A DNA stretch of 32,000 nt from Chloroflexota bacterium (lineage in GTDB: Bacteria > Chloroflexota > Anaerolineae > UBA4142): the NCBI GenBank assembly GCA_016219275.1, contig JACRBM010000091.1, forward strand, positions 12,154 through 44,153, read 5' to 3'. A program made the translations under genes and the position numbers. The notes under the pieces are model-generated. The model did no database searches, was not told where the DNA came from, and saw only the letters and a list, made by a program, of their open reading frames with translations. Numbering within the stretch: position 1 is the stretch's first letter; each line of letters begins with the position of its first letter. This document shows, piece after piece, positions 8,499 through 17,591 of this stretch.

Positions 8499-9536
8499 AT
8501 GTCCAAGCCAACCATCAAAGATGTAGCACACGCCGCCGGTGTTTCGACGGCAACCGTCTCGCGCGTATTGCATGAGAACGGATATGTCTCCGATGAAGCA
8601 CGAAAGTTAGTCGAACAGGCGTTGGAAAAAACCGGCTTTCGGCTCAATCTCGTCGCGCAAAGTCTGCGCCGCCAACATTCGCGCATTATCGGGCATCTGC
8701 TCACCAACCTCGTGCCTAATCCGTACTTCGCCAGCGTCGAAGCCGGCGTTGAAGAAATCGCGGTTAAGAACGGCTACAGCGTTCTCGTTTGGAACACCTT
8801 GGCGAATGCGGATCGCGAACGCGAAGGTGTGGAAGCGTTCATCGATCGCCGGATCGATGCAATGATTTTCACGACGCCGCGCAACGTCAAAAACGTCCAA
8901 GCCGCAAAGCAAGCGGGGATTCAAGTCGTGCAAATCGAAAAGCCGGTTTACACGAGTTCGCATCTCGTGATGGTCGATAATTACAGCGGCGCGGCGAGCG
9001 CGATGGAGCATCTCATCGCATTGGGGCATCGCCGCATCGCGTTTGTCGGTCGCGTGACGCCGCCGAATCTTCAGAAAAATTACGAAGCCGATCAGCAGCG
9101 CTTCAAAGGTTATCAAGATGTGATGCGCAATCATGACCTTATACCGGATGAACGCTGGGTCTGTCTGAATGTGGACCCGTACTCCGTTGCGGATGGCTAT
9201 CGTTTTGCTAGTACGATTCTCGCGCAAACGCCGCGCGTCACCGCGATTCTCGCTGGCTGCGATATTCTCGCCGCCGGTGTACTTCAAGCCGCGTACGAAC
9301 TCGGAGTCCAAGTCCCCCAGGATTTATCGGTCATCGGTTTCGATAATACCTTCGCGCCATTTCTCACTCCGCCATTGACGACCGTCGATTTGCCCGCGCT
9401 CGAAATGGGACGCACTGCCGCGCGCCTTGCGATCACCGCGCTTGAGTCTGAATCGAACCGCGAAACGAACTTGCGAACGGAGACGCTCAAGGCAGAACTG
9501 ATCGTCCGAAAATCCACCGCGCGTTTATCGGGATAG
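8499..9536 (+). CDS. LacI family transcriptional regulator
   Basis: N-terminal HTH TIKDVAHAAGVSTATVSRVLHENGYVSDEAR; periplasmic-binding-like effector domain. Confidence 0.95.
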   Translation: MSKPTIKDVAHAAGVSTATVSRVLHENGYVSDEARKLVEQALEKTGFRLNLVAQSLRRQHSRIIGHLLTNLVPNPYFASVEAGVEEIAVKNGYSVLVWNTLANADREREGVEAFIDRRIDAMIFTTPRNVKNVQAAKQAGIQVVQIEKPVYTSSHLVMVDNYSGAASAMEHLIALGHRRIAFVGRVTPPNLQKNYEADQQRFKGYQDVMRNHDLIPDERWVCLNVDPYSVADGYRFASTILAQTPRVTAILAGCDILAAGVLQAAYELGVQVPQDLSVIGFDNTFAPFLTPPLTTVDLPALEMGRTAARLAITALESESNRETNLRTETLKAELIVRKSTARLSG

Positions 9537-9555
9537 ATTATTTTTTTGCCTGATG

Positions 9556-9569
9556 TGTAAACGATGACA
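9556..9569. promoter_or_regulatory. LacI-family-type operator TGTAAACGATGACA
   Basis: Third copy of the operator pattern; exact reverse complement of the 6888-6901 site. Confidence 0.65.
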
Positions 9570-9571
9570 CA

Positions 9572-9681
9572 TTACCTCACTCCTCACCCCCCTCTCTTGT
9601 CGCGCACCCTAAGCGGAGCGTAGCGAAGTCGAAGGGCAGCGACAGGAGAGGGGAGAGCGGCAGGGGTGAGGGGTGAGGTAA
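9572..9681. repeat. Palindromic intergenic repeat, copy A
   Basis: TTACCTCAC...CTCTCTTGTCGC...GCGACAGGAGAGGGG...GTGAGGTAA, with an internal CCCTAAGCGGAGCGTAGCGAAGTCGAAGGG block. Confidence 0.8.
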
Positions 9682-9767
9682 GGAGGGCAAGCAACGAACA
9701 CAAATTCAGAAAGCCATCATTTAATCCGTACGGAAATTTGCACGTCATCCAACCAAAGGAGTCTGAG

Positions 9768-11183
9768 ATGAAAAAGTTTTTTGCACCGTTGTTGGTCGCC
9801 CTGACCTTGATCGGTTTGATCGCCTGTCAAGCCGCGCCAACTCCAGTCCCCCCGACCCAAGCGCCCGCGCCGACGACTGCCCCTGCCCCAACGCAAGCCG
9901 CCGTCGTTCCCACCAAAGCGCCCGAGCCGACGAAAGCGCCCGAGCCAACCAAAGCCCCCGCGCCAACCATCGCGAAGCAAGTCACGTTAAAAGTCGTCGA
10001 TGTGCGCACCGATGCCAAACAGGGCGCTGCCATGGACAAGATCAACAAGCTGTTCATGGAAAAGTATCCCAACATCAAAGTCCAGCGCGAGGCAATGCAA
10101 CTCGCGGACTTGCAGACTATTGCGCCGACCAATCTTTCTGCCGGCACGACCTGGGATGTGATTGAGTACGGACCGGGCGGCAATTACGTCGGCGTGCTCG
10201 CCGATGCCGGCTTGGTGCGTCCGCTCGACAATGAAGCGAAGCAACTCGGCTGGGACAAAAAGTTCTTCAAGTGGACGATGGAACGAACATTGTGGAACGG
10301 CAAAATGTTTGGCGTCCCGAACGCGCTCGAAACCTACGGCTGCTTCTACAACGTAGATCAGTTCAAGAAACTGAACATCGAAGTTCCAAAGACTTACGAT
10401 GATCTGCTCAAGCTCGCCAAGACTGCGAAAGACAACAACCTGACGCCAATCGCGTTTGGCGATTTGGAGAAATGGCCCGCTTATCATTCGTTCAGCATGA
10501 CGACGAACAATCTGCTCGGCAATTCAAAACTCGAACCACTGCTCTACACCAAAGCGAGTTGGGACGATCCGGAAATCGCCAAAGCGATCAAGACCTGGTT
10601 CGTCGATCTGCCCAAAGCCGGCGCATTCAACACCGATCCCGTGGCGACCAAGGTCGAGGATTCACGCACCTTGTTTTACACCGGCAAAGCATTGACGATC
10701 TGCACAGGCACATTCTTGATCGGTCGCGTCGAACTCAATGCCAAAGGATTTATACCGGGGTTCTTCTACTTCCCGGCAATAGATGGCAAAGCGATCAATC
10801 CACCGGCGGGCGTTGGCAAACTTTGGATCACACCGACCAAAGCGCCCAATCCACAAGAGGCGATTTTGTACTTGGATTTCCTGACGAGCGCTGCAGCATC
10901 GAAGGTTTATCTCGAAGAAGTCGGATTGATTCCGGCGTGGCCCGTCGATACATCCAACATCAACATCAGCGCGATGATGAAAACGGTCGTCGCCGAGTTG
11001 GGCAAACCGGGTTTGAGCATGGGACACAACATCGACGTCGAAATGCCGGCGAACTTTGTGCTGGCAATGGGCGATGGTTTCCAAGCTGTTCTGCTCGGAC
11101 AGAAAACACCTGAGCAAATGGCGAAGGACTTGCAAAAAGCCAAAGAGGATGCGATTGCCTCCGGCGCGATGAAGGTCAAGTAG
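9768..11183 (+). CDS. ABC transporter extracellular sugar-binding lipoprotein
   Basis: Lipobox LIGLIAC, Pro/Thr/Ala-rich linker, family-1 solute-binding protein pattern; start ATG 9768 preferred over track start 9666. Confidence 0.92.
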   Translation: MKKFFAPLLVALTLIGLIACQAAPTPVPPTQAPAPTTAPAPTQAAVVPTKAPEPTKAPEPTKAPAPTIAKQVTLKVVDVRTDAKQGAAMDKINKLFMEKYPNIKVQREAMQLADLQTIAPTNLSAGTTWDVIEYGPGGNYVGVLADAGLVRPLDNEAKQLGWDKKFFKWTMERTLWNGKMFGVPNALETYGCFYNVDQFKKLNIEVPKTYDDLLKLAKTAKDNNLTPIAFGDLEKWPAYHSFSMTTNNLLGNSKLEPLLYTKASWDDPEIAKAIKTWFVDLPKAGAFNTDPVATKVEDSRTLFYTGKALTICTGTFLIGRVELNAKGFIPGFFYFPAIDGKAINPPAGVGKLWITPTKAPNPQEAILYLDFLTSAAASKVYLEEVGLIPAWPVDTSNINISAMMKTVVAELGKPGLSMGHNIDVEMPANFVLAMGDGFQAVLLGQKTPEQMAKDLQKAKEDAIASGAMKVK

Positions 11184-11194
11184 AGTATCGATAA

Positions 11195-11287
11195 CCTCAC
11201 CCCCTTCCCCCCACCCCCTTCCCCCTCTCCTGTCGCTGAACTGCGCGACAGGAGAGGGGGAAGGGGGCAAGGGGGATGGGGGTGAGG
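11195..11287. repeat. Palindromic intergenic repeat, copy B
   Basis: CCTCACCCCCTTCC...CCCCCTCTCCTGTCG...CGACAGGAGAGGGGG...GGGGGTGAGG. Confidence 0.85.
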
Positions 11288-11299
11288 AGGAGAGTCCGA

Positions 11300-12250
11300 A
11301 TGCAAGTTCAACCCCAAGTGATTGTCGGGAAAAATGTCGCCATGAGTACTGCGCGCAATTCTTTTTTCACCCGCTGGCTCGATAAAAACAAAACCGGTTT
11401 TCTGTTCGTGTTGCCCGCGCTGATCTTTTATACGATCTTTTTCTTCGTTCCGATTCTCAACACGATCTACTATAGCTTTGTGCGCTGGAACGGCGCGGCG
11501 CCGACAATGCAATGGGTCGGTCTCGCGAATTACGCGCAGATGTTTCAGGACACCCAGTTGTGGTCTGCGTTTCAGCACAACGTCACCTGGATCATTGCCG
11601 GCACGCTTGCACCAATTGCGATTGCGCTGCCGCTCGCTTTACTCGTGACCAACATATCGCGCGGTCGGCTATTTTATCAGACGGCGTTCTTCATGCCGCA
11701 CATTCTCTCGAACGTCGTCGTCGCCGTGATCTGGGGTTGGATTTACAGTCCGCAGTTTGGTTTGCTCAACGCGGCGTTGCGGAACCTGGGTCTCGATTCG
11801 TGGACGCGCGGTTGGCTCGGCAATCCGCAAACGGCATTGTTTGCGATTGTCGCTGCCGCGGTGTGGCACTATATCGGTTTTTGTTTGGTGATTTTTGTCG
11901 CGGGCTTGCAAGATGTTGACGTGACCTTGATCGAAGCCGCGAAGATGGATGGCGCGAATGAACTCCAGCGATTCTTTCACGTCATCATTCCACAGATGCG
12001 CCACGTGCTCAACATGGTGATCGTCTACACGTTGATCGGCGGCTTTAATGTGTTCGACATTGTGCGCGTGATGACGGATGGCGGTCCCGCCGGCAACACC
12101 GAGTTGATTGGAACATACGCTTACAAGATGTCGTTCCGCACATTAAACATCGGTTATGGCGCGACGATTTCCGTGCTCATCATGGTTCTCTCGCTCGGCG
12201 CGTCCATCGTGTACAACTTGCTGCGCGATCGCGAGGAGGTCAGACGATGA
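11300..12250 (+). CDS. ABC sugar transporter permease (MalF-like)
   Basis: Multi-spanning; EAAKMDGANELQRFFHVIIPQMRHVLN (EAA motif). GAGGAGGAGAG upstream of ATG 11300; ATG 11342 is the alternative start. Confidence 0.92.
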   Translation: MQVQPQVIVGKNVAMSTARNSFFTRWLDKNKTGFLFVLPALIFYTIFFFVPILNTIYYSFVRWNGAAPTMQWVGLANYAQMFQDTQLWSAFQHNVTWIIAGTLAPIAIALPLALLVTNISRGRLFYQTAFFMPHILSNVVVAVIWGWIYSPQFGLLNAALRNLGLDSWTRGWLGNPQTALFAIVAAAVWHYIGFCLVIFVAGLQDVDVTLIEAAKMDGANELQRFFHVIIPQMRHVLNMVIVYTLIGGFNVFDIVRVMTDGGPAGNTELIGTYAYKMSFRTLNIGYGATISVLIMVLSLGASIVYNLLRDREEVRR

Positions 12251-13113
12251 CAACAATTTCGATCACACGCGCAAATTCAAAAATAAAACCGCTCAAAGTT
12301 TTTATCGATGGACTCAAGTACAGCGTCCTCACGCTTGTGTTGGCGCTGATGATCGCGCCGCTCTTGTTGATGTGGATGTCGGCGATGAAGACGACCGTCG
12401 AAGTCGAAACCGATCCGCTCGCGCTGCCGCAGCGTTGGTCGTTCGATAATTTGGCGACGGCATGGACGGTCGGACGTTACGCGCTCTATGCACAGAATTC
12501 GATCCTCATCACGATTCCCGTCGTCGGCGGCGTGGTGGTGTTGTCATGTCTCGCCGGCTATGGTTTTGCGCGACTCAGGTTCGCCGGACAAAAGGCGCTC
12601 TACTATTATCTCTTGCTCGGTTTGATGGTGACCGTTCAATCGATCATGATCCCCCTGTTTTACAATGTCAAGAACCTGGGTCTGCTCGGTTCGCACTGGG
12701 CGATGATTCTTCCTTCGATTGGACTCGGCATTCCATTCGGAACATTTTTGATGTATTCATTTTTTCGCGGACTGCCGGAAGAACTGGCTGACGCCGCGCG
12801 TGTCGATGGCTGCAACGAATTCCAAGTTTTCTATCGCGTCATTTTGCCGCTCACCTCACCGGCGGTTTCGTCGTTGACGATTTTTCAATTCATGTGGTCG
12901 TGGAATGCATTCTTGTTGCCGCTCCTCTTTCTCAACTCCGAATCACTTCGTCCGATCACACTGGGGCTGATGTTGTTCCAAGGCGAATACACCACCGAAT
13001 TTCCACTCATCGCCGCCGGTGTCACACTGGCATCGCTGCCGATCATCATCGTGTATTTGATTTTGCAGCGACAATTTTTGCGCGGGCTAACTGCCGGCGC
13101 GTTGAAAGGTTGA
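12247..13113 (+). CDS. ABC sugar transporter permease (MalG-like)
   Basis: EAA loop ELADAARVDGCNEFQVFYRVILPLTSPAVSS; ATGA overlap with preceding gene. Confidence 0.93.
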   Translation: MTTISITRANSKIKPLKVFIDGLKYSVLTLVLALMIAPLLLMWMSAMKTTVEVETDPLALPQRWSFDNLATAWTVGRYALYAQNSILITIPVVGGVVVLSCLAGYGFARLRFAGQKALYYYLLLGLMVTVQSIMIPLFYNVKNLGLLGSHWAMILPSIGLGIPFGTFLMYSFFRGLPEELADAARVDGCNEFQVFYRVILPLTSPAVSSLTIFQFMWSWNAFLLPLLFLNSESLRPITLGLMLFQGEYTTEFPLIAAGVTLASLPIIIVYLILQRQFLRGLTAGALKG

Positions 13114-13114
13114 A

Positions 13115-13203
13115 CCTCACCCCCACCCCCTTGCCCCCTCCCCCTCTCCTGAACCGCACTTCAGGTTCAGGAGAGGGGGAGGGGGTGGGGGGAGAGGGTG
13201 AGG
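13115..13203. repeat. Palindromic intergenic repeat, copy C
   Basis: CCTCACCCCCACC...CCCCCTCTCCTGAACC...GGTTCAGGAGAGGGGGA...GGGTGAGG, starting one nt after the upstream stop codon. Confidence 0.85.
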
Positions 13204-13217
13204 ATTGGAGAACACAC

Positions 13218-14264
13218 ATGGGACAAGTCCTCACCATTCAAGAACCCTTTAAGGTTGGCTTTGACGAATATGAAGACCGACCGCTGTCCGAATCTGAAGT
13301 GCGGATTCAAACACTTTATTCCGGGATTAGCGCGGGCACGGAACTCACCGCGTATCGCGGGAGTAATCCTTACTTGCACAAATTCTGGAATGAAAAAGAT
13401 CGACTCTTTGTCACGAGCCAACCGCCGTCCAAACAATATCCCATGATCGCGTTTGGTTATGAGGAATGTGGGCGCGTGATTGAAATCGGAAATCAGGTGA
13501 CCCAGCTCAAACCCGGCGATTGCGTGTACGGAAACTGGGGACATCGCACGTATCACATCGCGACCGAAGAATGGGCAGCCGCGCGTCTCATGCCGGAAAA
13601 TCTCGATCCCATGCTCGGAATCTTTAACGTGATAACCGCAATTGCATACAACGGCATCTTGGACGCGGCGATTCGTCTGGGCGAAACGGTCGCGGTGTTC
13701 GGACTCGGCACGCCGGGGCAGATGGTCGCGCAGATGGCGAAACGATCCGGCGCGCGCGTGATTGGCGTTGACATGATCGACTTGCGGTTAGACTTGGCAC
13801 AGAAGATGGGCTGGATCGATGTTGCGCTCGACGCGCGGCGAGGACGGATCGCCGAACGCATCAAGGAACTCACCGACAATCGCGGCGCGGATGTTGTGAT
13901 CGAAGTGTCGGGCAGTTATGCCGCGCTGCATGAAGCGATCCGCGCGGCGGCGTATTCCGCCAAAGCAATCACACTCGGATTTTTTCAGGCACAAGGTTGC
14001 GACTTGTATCTCGGCGAAGAATTTCATCACAACCGCATCAACATCGTTTGTTCGCAAATCGGCGGCGTGTCGCCCGAACTCACGTATCGCTGGAATCGCC
14101 GGCGGCTGGAGCAAATGGGCATTCGTCTCCAAGCCGAGGGCGTACTCAATTTCAAACCATTGATCACACACGTCGTGCCATTCTGTAACGCGGCGGAAGC
14201 ATATCGCATTGCCGACCAGGAACCGGACAAGGCAATCCAAGTCGTTCTCGATTTTAATAACTGA
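13218..14264 (+). CDS. Zinc-type alcohol/polyol dehydrogenase (MDR superfamily)
   Basis: From ATG 13218: GYEECGRVIEIG, GLGTPGQMVAQMAKRSGARVIGVDMIDLRLDLA. Upstream part of the track ORF (12894-13217) overlaps malG-like CDS and repeat C and is rejected. Confidence 0.88.
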   Translation: MGQVLTIQEPFKVGFDEYEDRPLSESEVRIQTLYSGISAGTELTAYRGSNPYLHKFWNEKDRLFVTSQPPSKQYPMIAFGYEECGRVIEIGNQVTQLKPGDCVYGNWGHRTYHIATEEWAAARLMPENLDPMLGIFNVITAIAYNGILDAAIRLGETVAVFGLGTPGQMVAQMAKRSGARVIGVDMIDLRLDLAQKMGWIDVALDARRGRIAERIKELTDNRGADVVIEVSGSYAALHEAIRAAAYSAKAITLGFFQAQGCDLYLGEEFHHNRINIVCSQIGGVSPELTYRWNRRRLEQMGIRLQAEGVLNFKPLITHVVPFCNAAEAYRIADQEPDKAIQVVLDFNN

Positions 14265-14334
14265 ACCGCAAAGAACACGAAGAACAAAAAAAATAACTTT
14301 GTGTCCTTCGTGTCTTTGTAGTTCCATTCGGGAT
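14264..14334. repeat. Inverted repeat spacer (second family)
   Basis: GAACCGCAAAGAACACGAAGAAC ... TGTCCTTCGTGTCTTTGTAGTTC. Confidence 0.65.
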
Positions 14335-14339
14335 TCAAC

Positions 14340-15341
14340 ATGCAACAATTGAAAACGGCGATCCTGGGTTGCGGTGGTTTTGCTAATCGCCACGCTCAAA
14401 ACATCGCCTCACTGCCGGAACAATTCGAACTCGTCGCATTTTGCGATGTTGACCTTGCACGCGCTCACGCCTTCAACGAAAAGTACGGCGCGGGTCGCGG
14501 CGTGGTCTTTCAAGATCATCACGCTTTGTTTAAGCAAACGAACTTGGATTTGTGTTTGATTTGTCTGCCGCCATTCGGTCATGCCGACGAGGTTGAAATC
14601 GCCGCGCAATGCGGCGTGCATCTGCTCATCGAAAAACCGATCGCGCTCACGTCGCAACACGCCTGGCGCATGGTACAAGCGGCGGAACGCGCCGGCATCG
14701 TGACCCAGGTTGGGTTCATGTACCGGTTTGGCGCGGCGGTCGCGCGATTGAAAGAATTGATCGACAATGGTCAAGCCGGGAACCTCGGGCTGATGAGCGC
14801 GCATTATTTTTGCAATCATCTTCATGCGCCGTGGTGGCGCGACCGTGAAAAATCCGGCGGGCAGTTAGTCGAGCAAGCGATTCATCTGGTTGACTTGATG
14901 CGCTACCTGATGGGCGAAGCCGCGACGGTGTACAGTTTGCAGAACAACGTGTTCCATCGCGATCTTCCCAGCTACACCGTCGAAGATGTGTCGGGCACAG
15001 TGATCGGTTTTGAGAACGGAAGCGTCGGCGTGCTGTATGCGTCGAATGGCGCGGTTCCCAACAAGTGGCTCTACGATGTTCGCATCGTCGCCAAGAATCT
15101 CACCGCTGAATTCTCGAATGCGAATTGCGGGGTGATTACGCACACGAACGATTCGACATTGAAGACCGAAACGATTAGCTCCGATGCGAATCTTTATCTG
15201 CTCGAACTCCAAGACCTGTGGCGCGCGATTGTCAATCGCCAACCCACGCGCACGCCGATTCGTGAAGGCGCGCGCTCGCTCGATCTTGTGCTCGCCGCGA
15301 TGCGCTCGGCAAAAACGCAGAACATTGAAAGGTTACCATGA
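14340..15341 (+). CDS. Gfo/Idh/MocA family oxidoreductase
   Basis: ILGCGGFANRHAQNIA Rossmann motif; EKPIALTSQHAWRMVQAAERAGIVTQVGFMYRF. Confidence 0.93.
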   Translation: MQQLKTAILGCGGFANRHAQNIASLPEQFELVAFCDVDLARAHAFNEKYGAGRGVVFQDHHALFKQTNLDLCLICLPPFGHADEVEIAAQCGVHLLIEKPIALTSQHAWRMVQAAERAGIVTQVGFMYRFGAAVARLKELIDNGQAGNLGLMSAHYFCNHLHAPWWRDREKSGGQLVEQAIHLVDLMRYLMGEAATVYSLQNNVFHRDLPSYTVEDVSGTVIGFENGSVGVLYASNGAVPNKWLYDVRIVAKNLTAEFSNANCGVITHTNDSTLKTETISSDANLYLLELQDLWRAIVNRQPTRTPIREGARSLDLVLAAMRSAKTQNIERLP

Positions 15342-16504
15342 ACGCACGTCAACGCTTTTTGGCGGCGATGCACTATCAATCGCGCGACCGGTCGCCGCTG
15401 CTCGATTTCAACTTTTGGCCCGAGACCTTGCCGATCTGGCAAGAGCAAGGTTTGCCGGATTGGGTGGATCGACAAAACGAGGATGTTTTTTTTGGAATTG
15501 ATTTTTCTCTCGATAATGTTGGCGCGACCGGGGTGCGTGATGGTTTAGCGCCCACGTTCAGAAAAATAATTCTTGAAGATCGCGGCGACGTGCGTCTTTT
15601 GCAACAACGCGACGGCGTCCGCGTCGAACGGCGCAAACACATGTCGTCGTGGCACTCGGTTGGATACTTGCTCACCGATCGCGCGAGTTGGAACAAACAC
15701 TACAAGCCGCGCCTCGATCCGGCAAATCGCGTGCGCTATCCAGCCGATTGGAACACGCGTGTCAAGACATGGTGCGACCCGAATCGCAATTATCCCATCG
15801 TGTTGCCCGGCGGAAGTCTGTATGGTTGGCTGCGCAATTGGATGGGACTCGAAAATATTTCGATGGTGATTTTCGACAACCCAGTTTGGTTTGAAGAAAT
15901 GGTAACGACGGTCGCCGACTGCATCATCGGCGTGCTCGAACGCATCCTTGCAACTGGCGGCAGGTTCGACGCGTGCTCGATGTGGGAGGACATGTGTTAC
16001 AACACCGGTCCGCTCATCAATCCCAAACATTTCAAAAAATATTTTGTTCCGCACTATCGGCGCATTTCGGATTTGCTTCGCAAGCATGGCGTGGACATTA
16101 TCTATCTCGATTGCGATGGCAAGATCGACGATTTGATTCCGTTGTGGTTGGACGCCGGAATCAATTGCATGTATCCTGTCGAAGTCGGCACATGGAAGCA
16201 CGATCCAATCGAATTGTGCCAACGCTTTGGGAAAGATTTGTTGATGATGGGCGGATTCGACAAGCATTATCTTTTTGGATCTCCGGAAGAAATCGAAAAA
16301 GAAATTTATCGCCTGCTGCCGCTCGTCGAAGAAGGTGGGTACATCGGATTTCCCGATCATCGCGTTCCGCCGGACGTGCCGTACAAAAATTATGTGTTCT
16401 TCATCGAGACCCTGCGCCGGGTTTGGGGACAAGACACAAATCTGAAACCGATGGGCGTCAAATCGAAAAAGCCGAAAGAACGCCGAATGTTTTTCTATTG
16501 GTGA
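15338..16504 (+). CDS. Uroporphyrinogen decarboxylase (URO-D) family protein, candidate methyltransferase
   Basis: MNARQRFLAAMHYQSRDRSPLLDF start; C-terminal MMGGFDK...GGYIGFPDHRVPPDVPYKNYVFFIETLR typical of the family; ATGA overlap with upstream gene. Confidence 0.85.
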   Translation: MNARQRFLAAMHYQSRDRSPLLDFNFWPETLPIWQEQGLPDWVDRQNEDVFFGIDFSLDNVGATGVRDGLAPTFRKIILEDRGDVRLLQQRDGVRVERRKHMSSWHSVGYLLTDRASWNKHYKPRLDPANRVRYPADWNTRVKTWCDPNRNYPIVLPGGSLYGWLRNWMGLENISMVIFDNPVWFEEMVTTVADCIIGVLERILATGGRFDACSMWEDMCYNTGPLINPKHFKKYFVPHYRRISDLLRKHGVDIIYLDCDGKIDDLIPLWLDAGINCMYPVEVGTWKHDPIELCQRFGKDLLMMGGFDKHYLFGSPEEIEKEIYRLLPLVEEGGYIGFPDHRVPPDVPYKNYVFFIETLRRVWGQDTNLKPMGVKSKKPKERRMFFYW

Positions 16505-16598
16505 CCTCACCCCTCACCCCTGCCCCTCTCCCCTCTCCTGTGACTCGCGAAGCGTTCGTCACAGGAGAGGGGAGAGGGGTTGGGGAGTGGGGTGAGGT
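16504..16598. repeat. Palindromic intergenic repeat, copy D
   Basis: ACCTCACCCC...CCCCTCTCCTGTGA...TCACAGGAGAGGGG...GGGGTGAGGT, beginning at the stop codon of the URO-D gene. Confidence 0.85.
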
Positions 16599-16618
16599 GG
16601 AAACGGAACTCGTGGAAT

Positions 16619-17488
16619 ATGAATCACGCTGAATTGACTCGACTGTACGATTTCACGAATCGCGTTGTCGCGATCACCGGCGGCGCGGGTGCGCTGGGGA
16701 GCGAGATGGCGTGTGCCTTGATCGGTTGTGGCGCGCACGTTGCGATCCTCGACCGCGTTGCAGAATTGCCGCAACAATTTGTTGAGCGAATCGAAAATGA
16801 AAAGACATCCCGCTCAGGTCGTCTCGTTTTTCAGCAGACCGATGTGCTTGATCGCGCGTCACTCATCCACGCGCAAAAATCTATCGAGACGCAACTGGGT
16901 CAAGTTGATATATTGATCAATGCAGCGGGCGGCAATCATCCCAACGCGACAACTGGCGCGTATGGGAAACCAGGTGAACCGGCTGATCTCAGATTCTTCG
17001 ATCTTGCCGAAGATGGTTTGCGCCGTACGATGGATCTCAATTTTCTCGGCACGGTGTTTCCGTGCCAGGTCTTTGGTCGCGGCATGGCGGAGCGCGGCGA
17101 AGGCATCATTCTCAACATCTCTTCGATGAATGCGCTTCGACCCTTAACGCGCATCCCAGCGTACTCGGCGGGCAAAGCGGCAGTTAGCAATTTCACGCAA
17201 TGGCTCGCGGTCTACCTGGCGATGAATTATTCGCCGCGCATTCGCGTCAATGCGCTTGCGCCCGGTTTTTTCATCACCGCGCAAAGTCGTTTTCTTGCGC
17301 TCGACCCGGCAACCGGCGAATTGAGCGCGCGTGGTCGCACTGTCGTCGCGCACACGCCGATGGGTCGCTATGGCGCGCCGGACGAATTGATTGGAACGAT
17401 GTTTTGGTTGCTCTCGCCGGCATCCGCATTTGTAACTGGGACAATCGTTCCGGTGGATGGCGGCTTTTCCGCGTTTAGCGGTGTGTGA
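16619..17488 (+). CDS. SDR family NAD(P)-dependent oxidoreductase (possibly sugar-acid/polyol reductase)
   Basis: VVAITGGAGALG, NAAG, YSAGKAAV (YxxxK), PVDGGFSAF; start ATG 16619 preferred over track start 16580, which lies in repeat D. Confidence 0.9.
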   Translation: MNHAELTRLYDFTNRVVAITGGAGALGSEMACALIGCGAHVAILDRVAELPQQFVERIENEKTSRSGRLVFQQTDVLDRASLIHAQKSIETQLGQVDILINAAGGNHPNATTGAYGKPGEPADLRFFDLAEDGLRRTMDLNFLGTVFPCQVFGRGMAERGEGIILNISSMNALRPLTRIPAYSAGKAAVSNFTQWLAVYLAMNYSPRIRVNALAPGFFITAQSRFLALDPATGELSARGRTVVAHTPMGRYGAPDELIGTMFWLLSPASAFVTGTIVPVDGGFSAFSGV

Positions 17489-17496
17489 AAAAAAAG

Positions 17497-17571
17497 ATGA
17501 CAACGGACAAGAACGGATTTAGCGGACTTGTAATTGGTTTGTCCGTTCAATCCCATGTCGTCCGTTGTAAT
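17497..17571. repeat. Inverted repeat spacer (third family)
   Basis: GACAACGGAC(A) ... (T)GTCGTCCGTTGT, with inner GGAC/GTCC units. Confidence 0.55.
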
Positions 17572-17591
17572 CCCCAAGGAGAAGCGTACGC

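Noticed and set aside
13115-13203. CTCACCCC palindromes as classical intrinsic terminators
   Set aside because: Stems are strong, but none of copies A-D is followed by a clear T tract. They sit between co-directional operon genes, so termination is not supported from sequence alone.
12894-13217. N-terminal extension of the dehydrogenase ORF
   Set aside because: Overlaps the MalG-like permease CDS in another frame and reads through palindromic repeat C; the real start is ATG 13218.
15338-16504. Calling the URO-D family gene hemE
   Set aside because: Divergent sequence, sugar-operon context and nearby corrinoid gene argue against a haem-biosynthesis assignment; no gene symbol given.
15545-16510. 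321-aa minus-strand ORF
   Set aside because: Antisense to the URO-D family gene, with no recognisable motifs.
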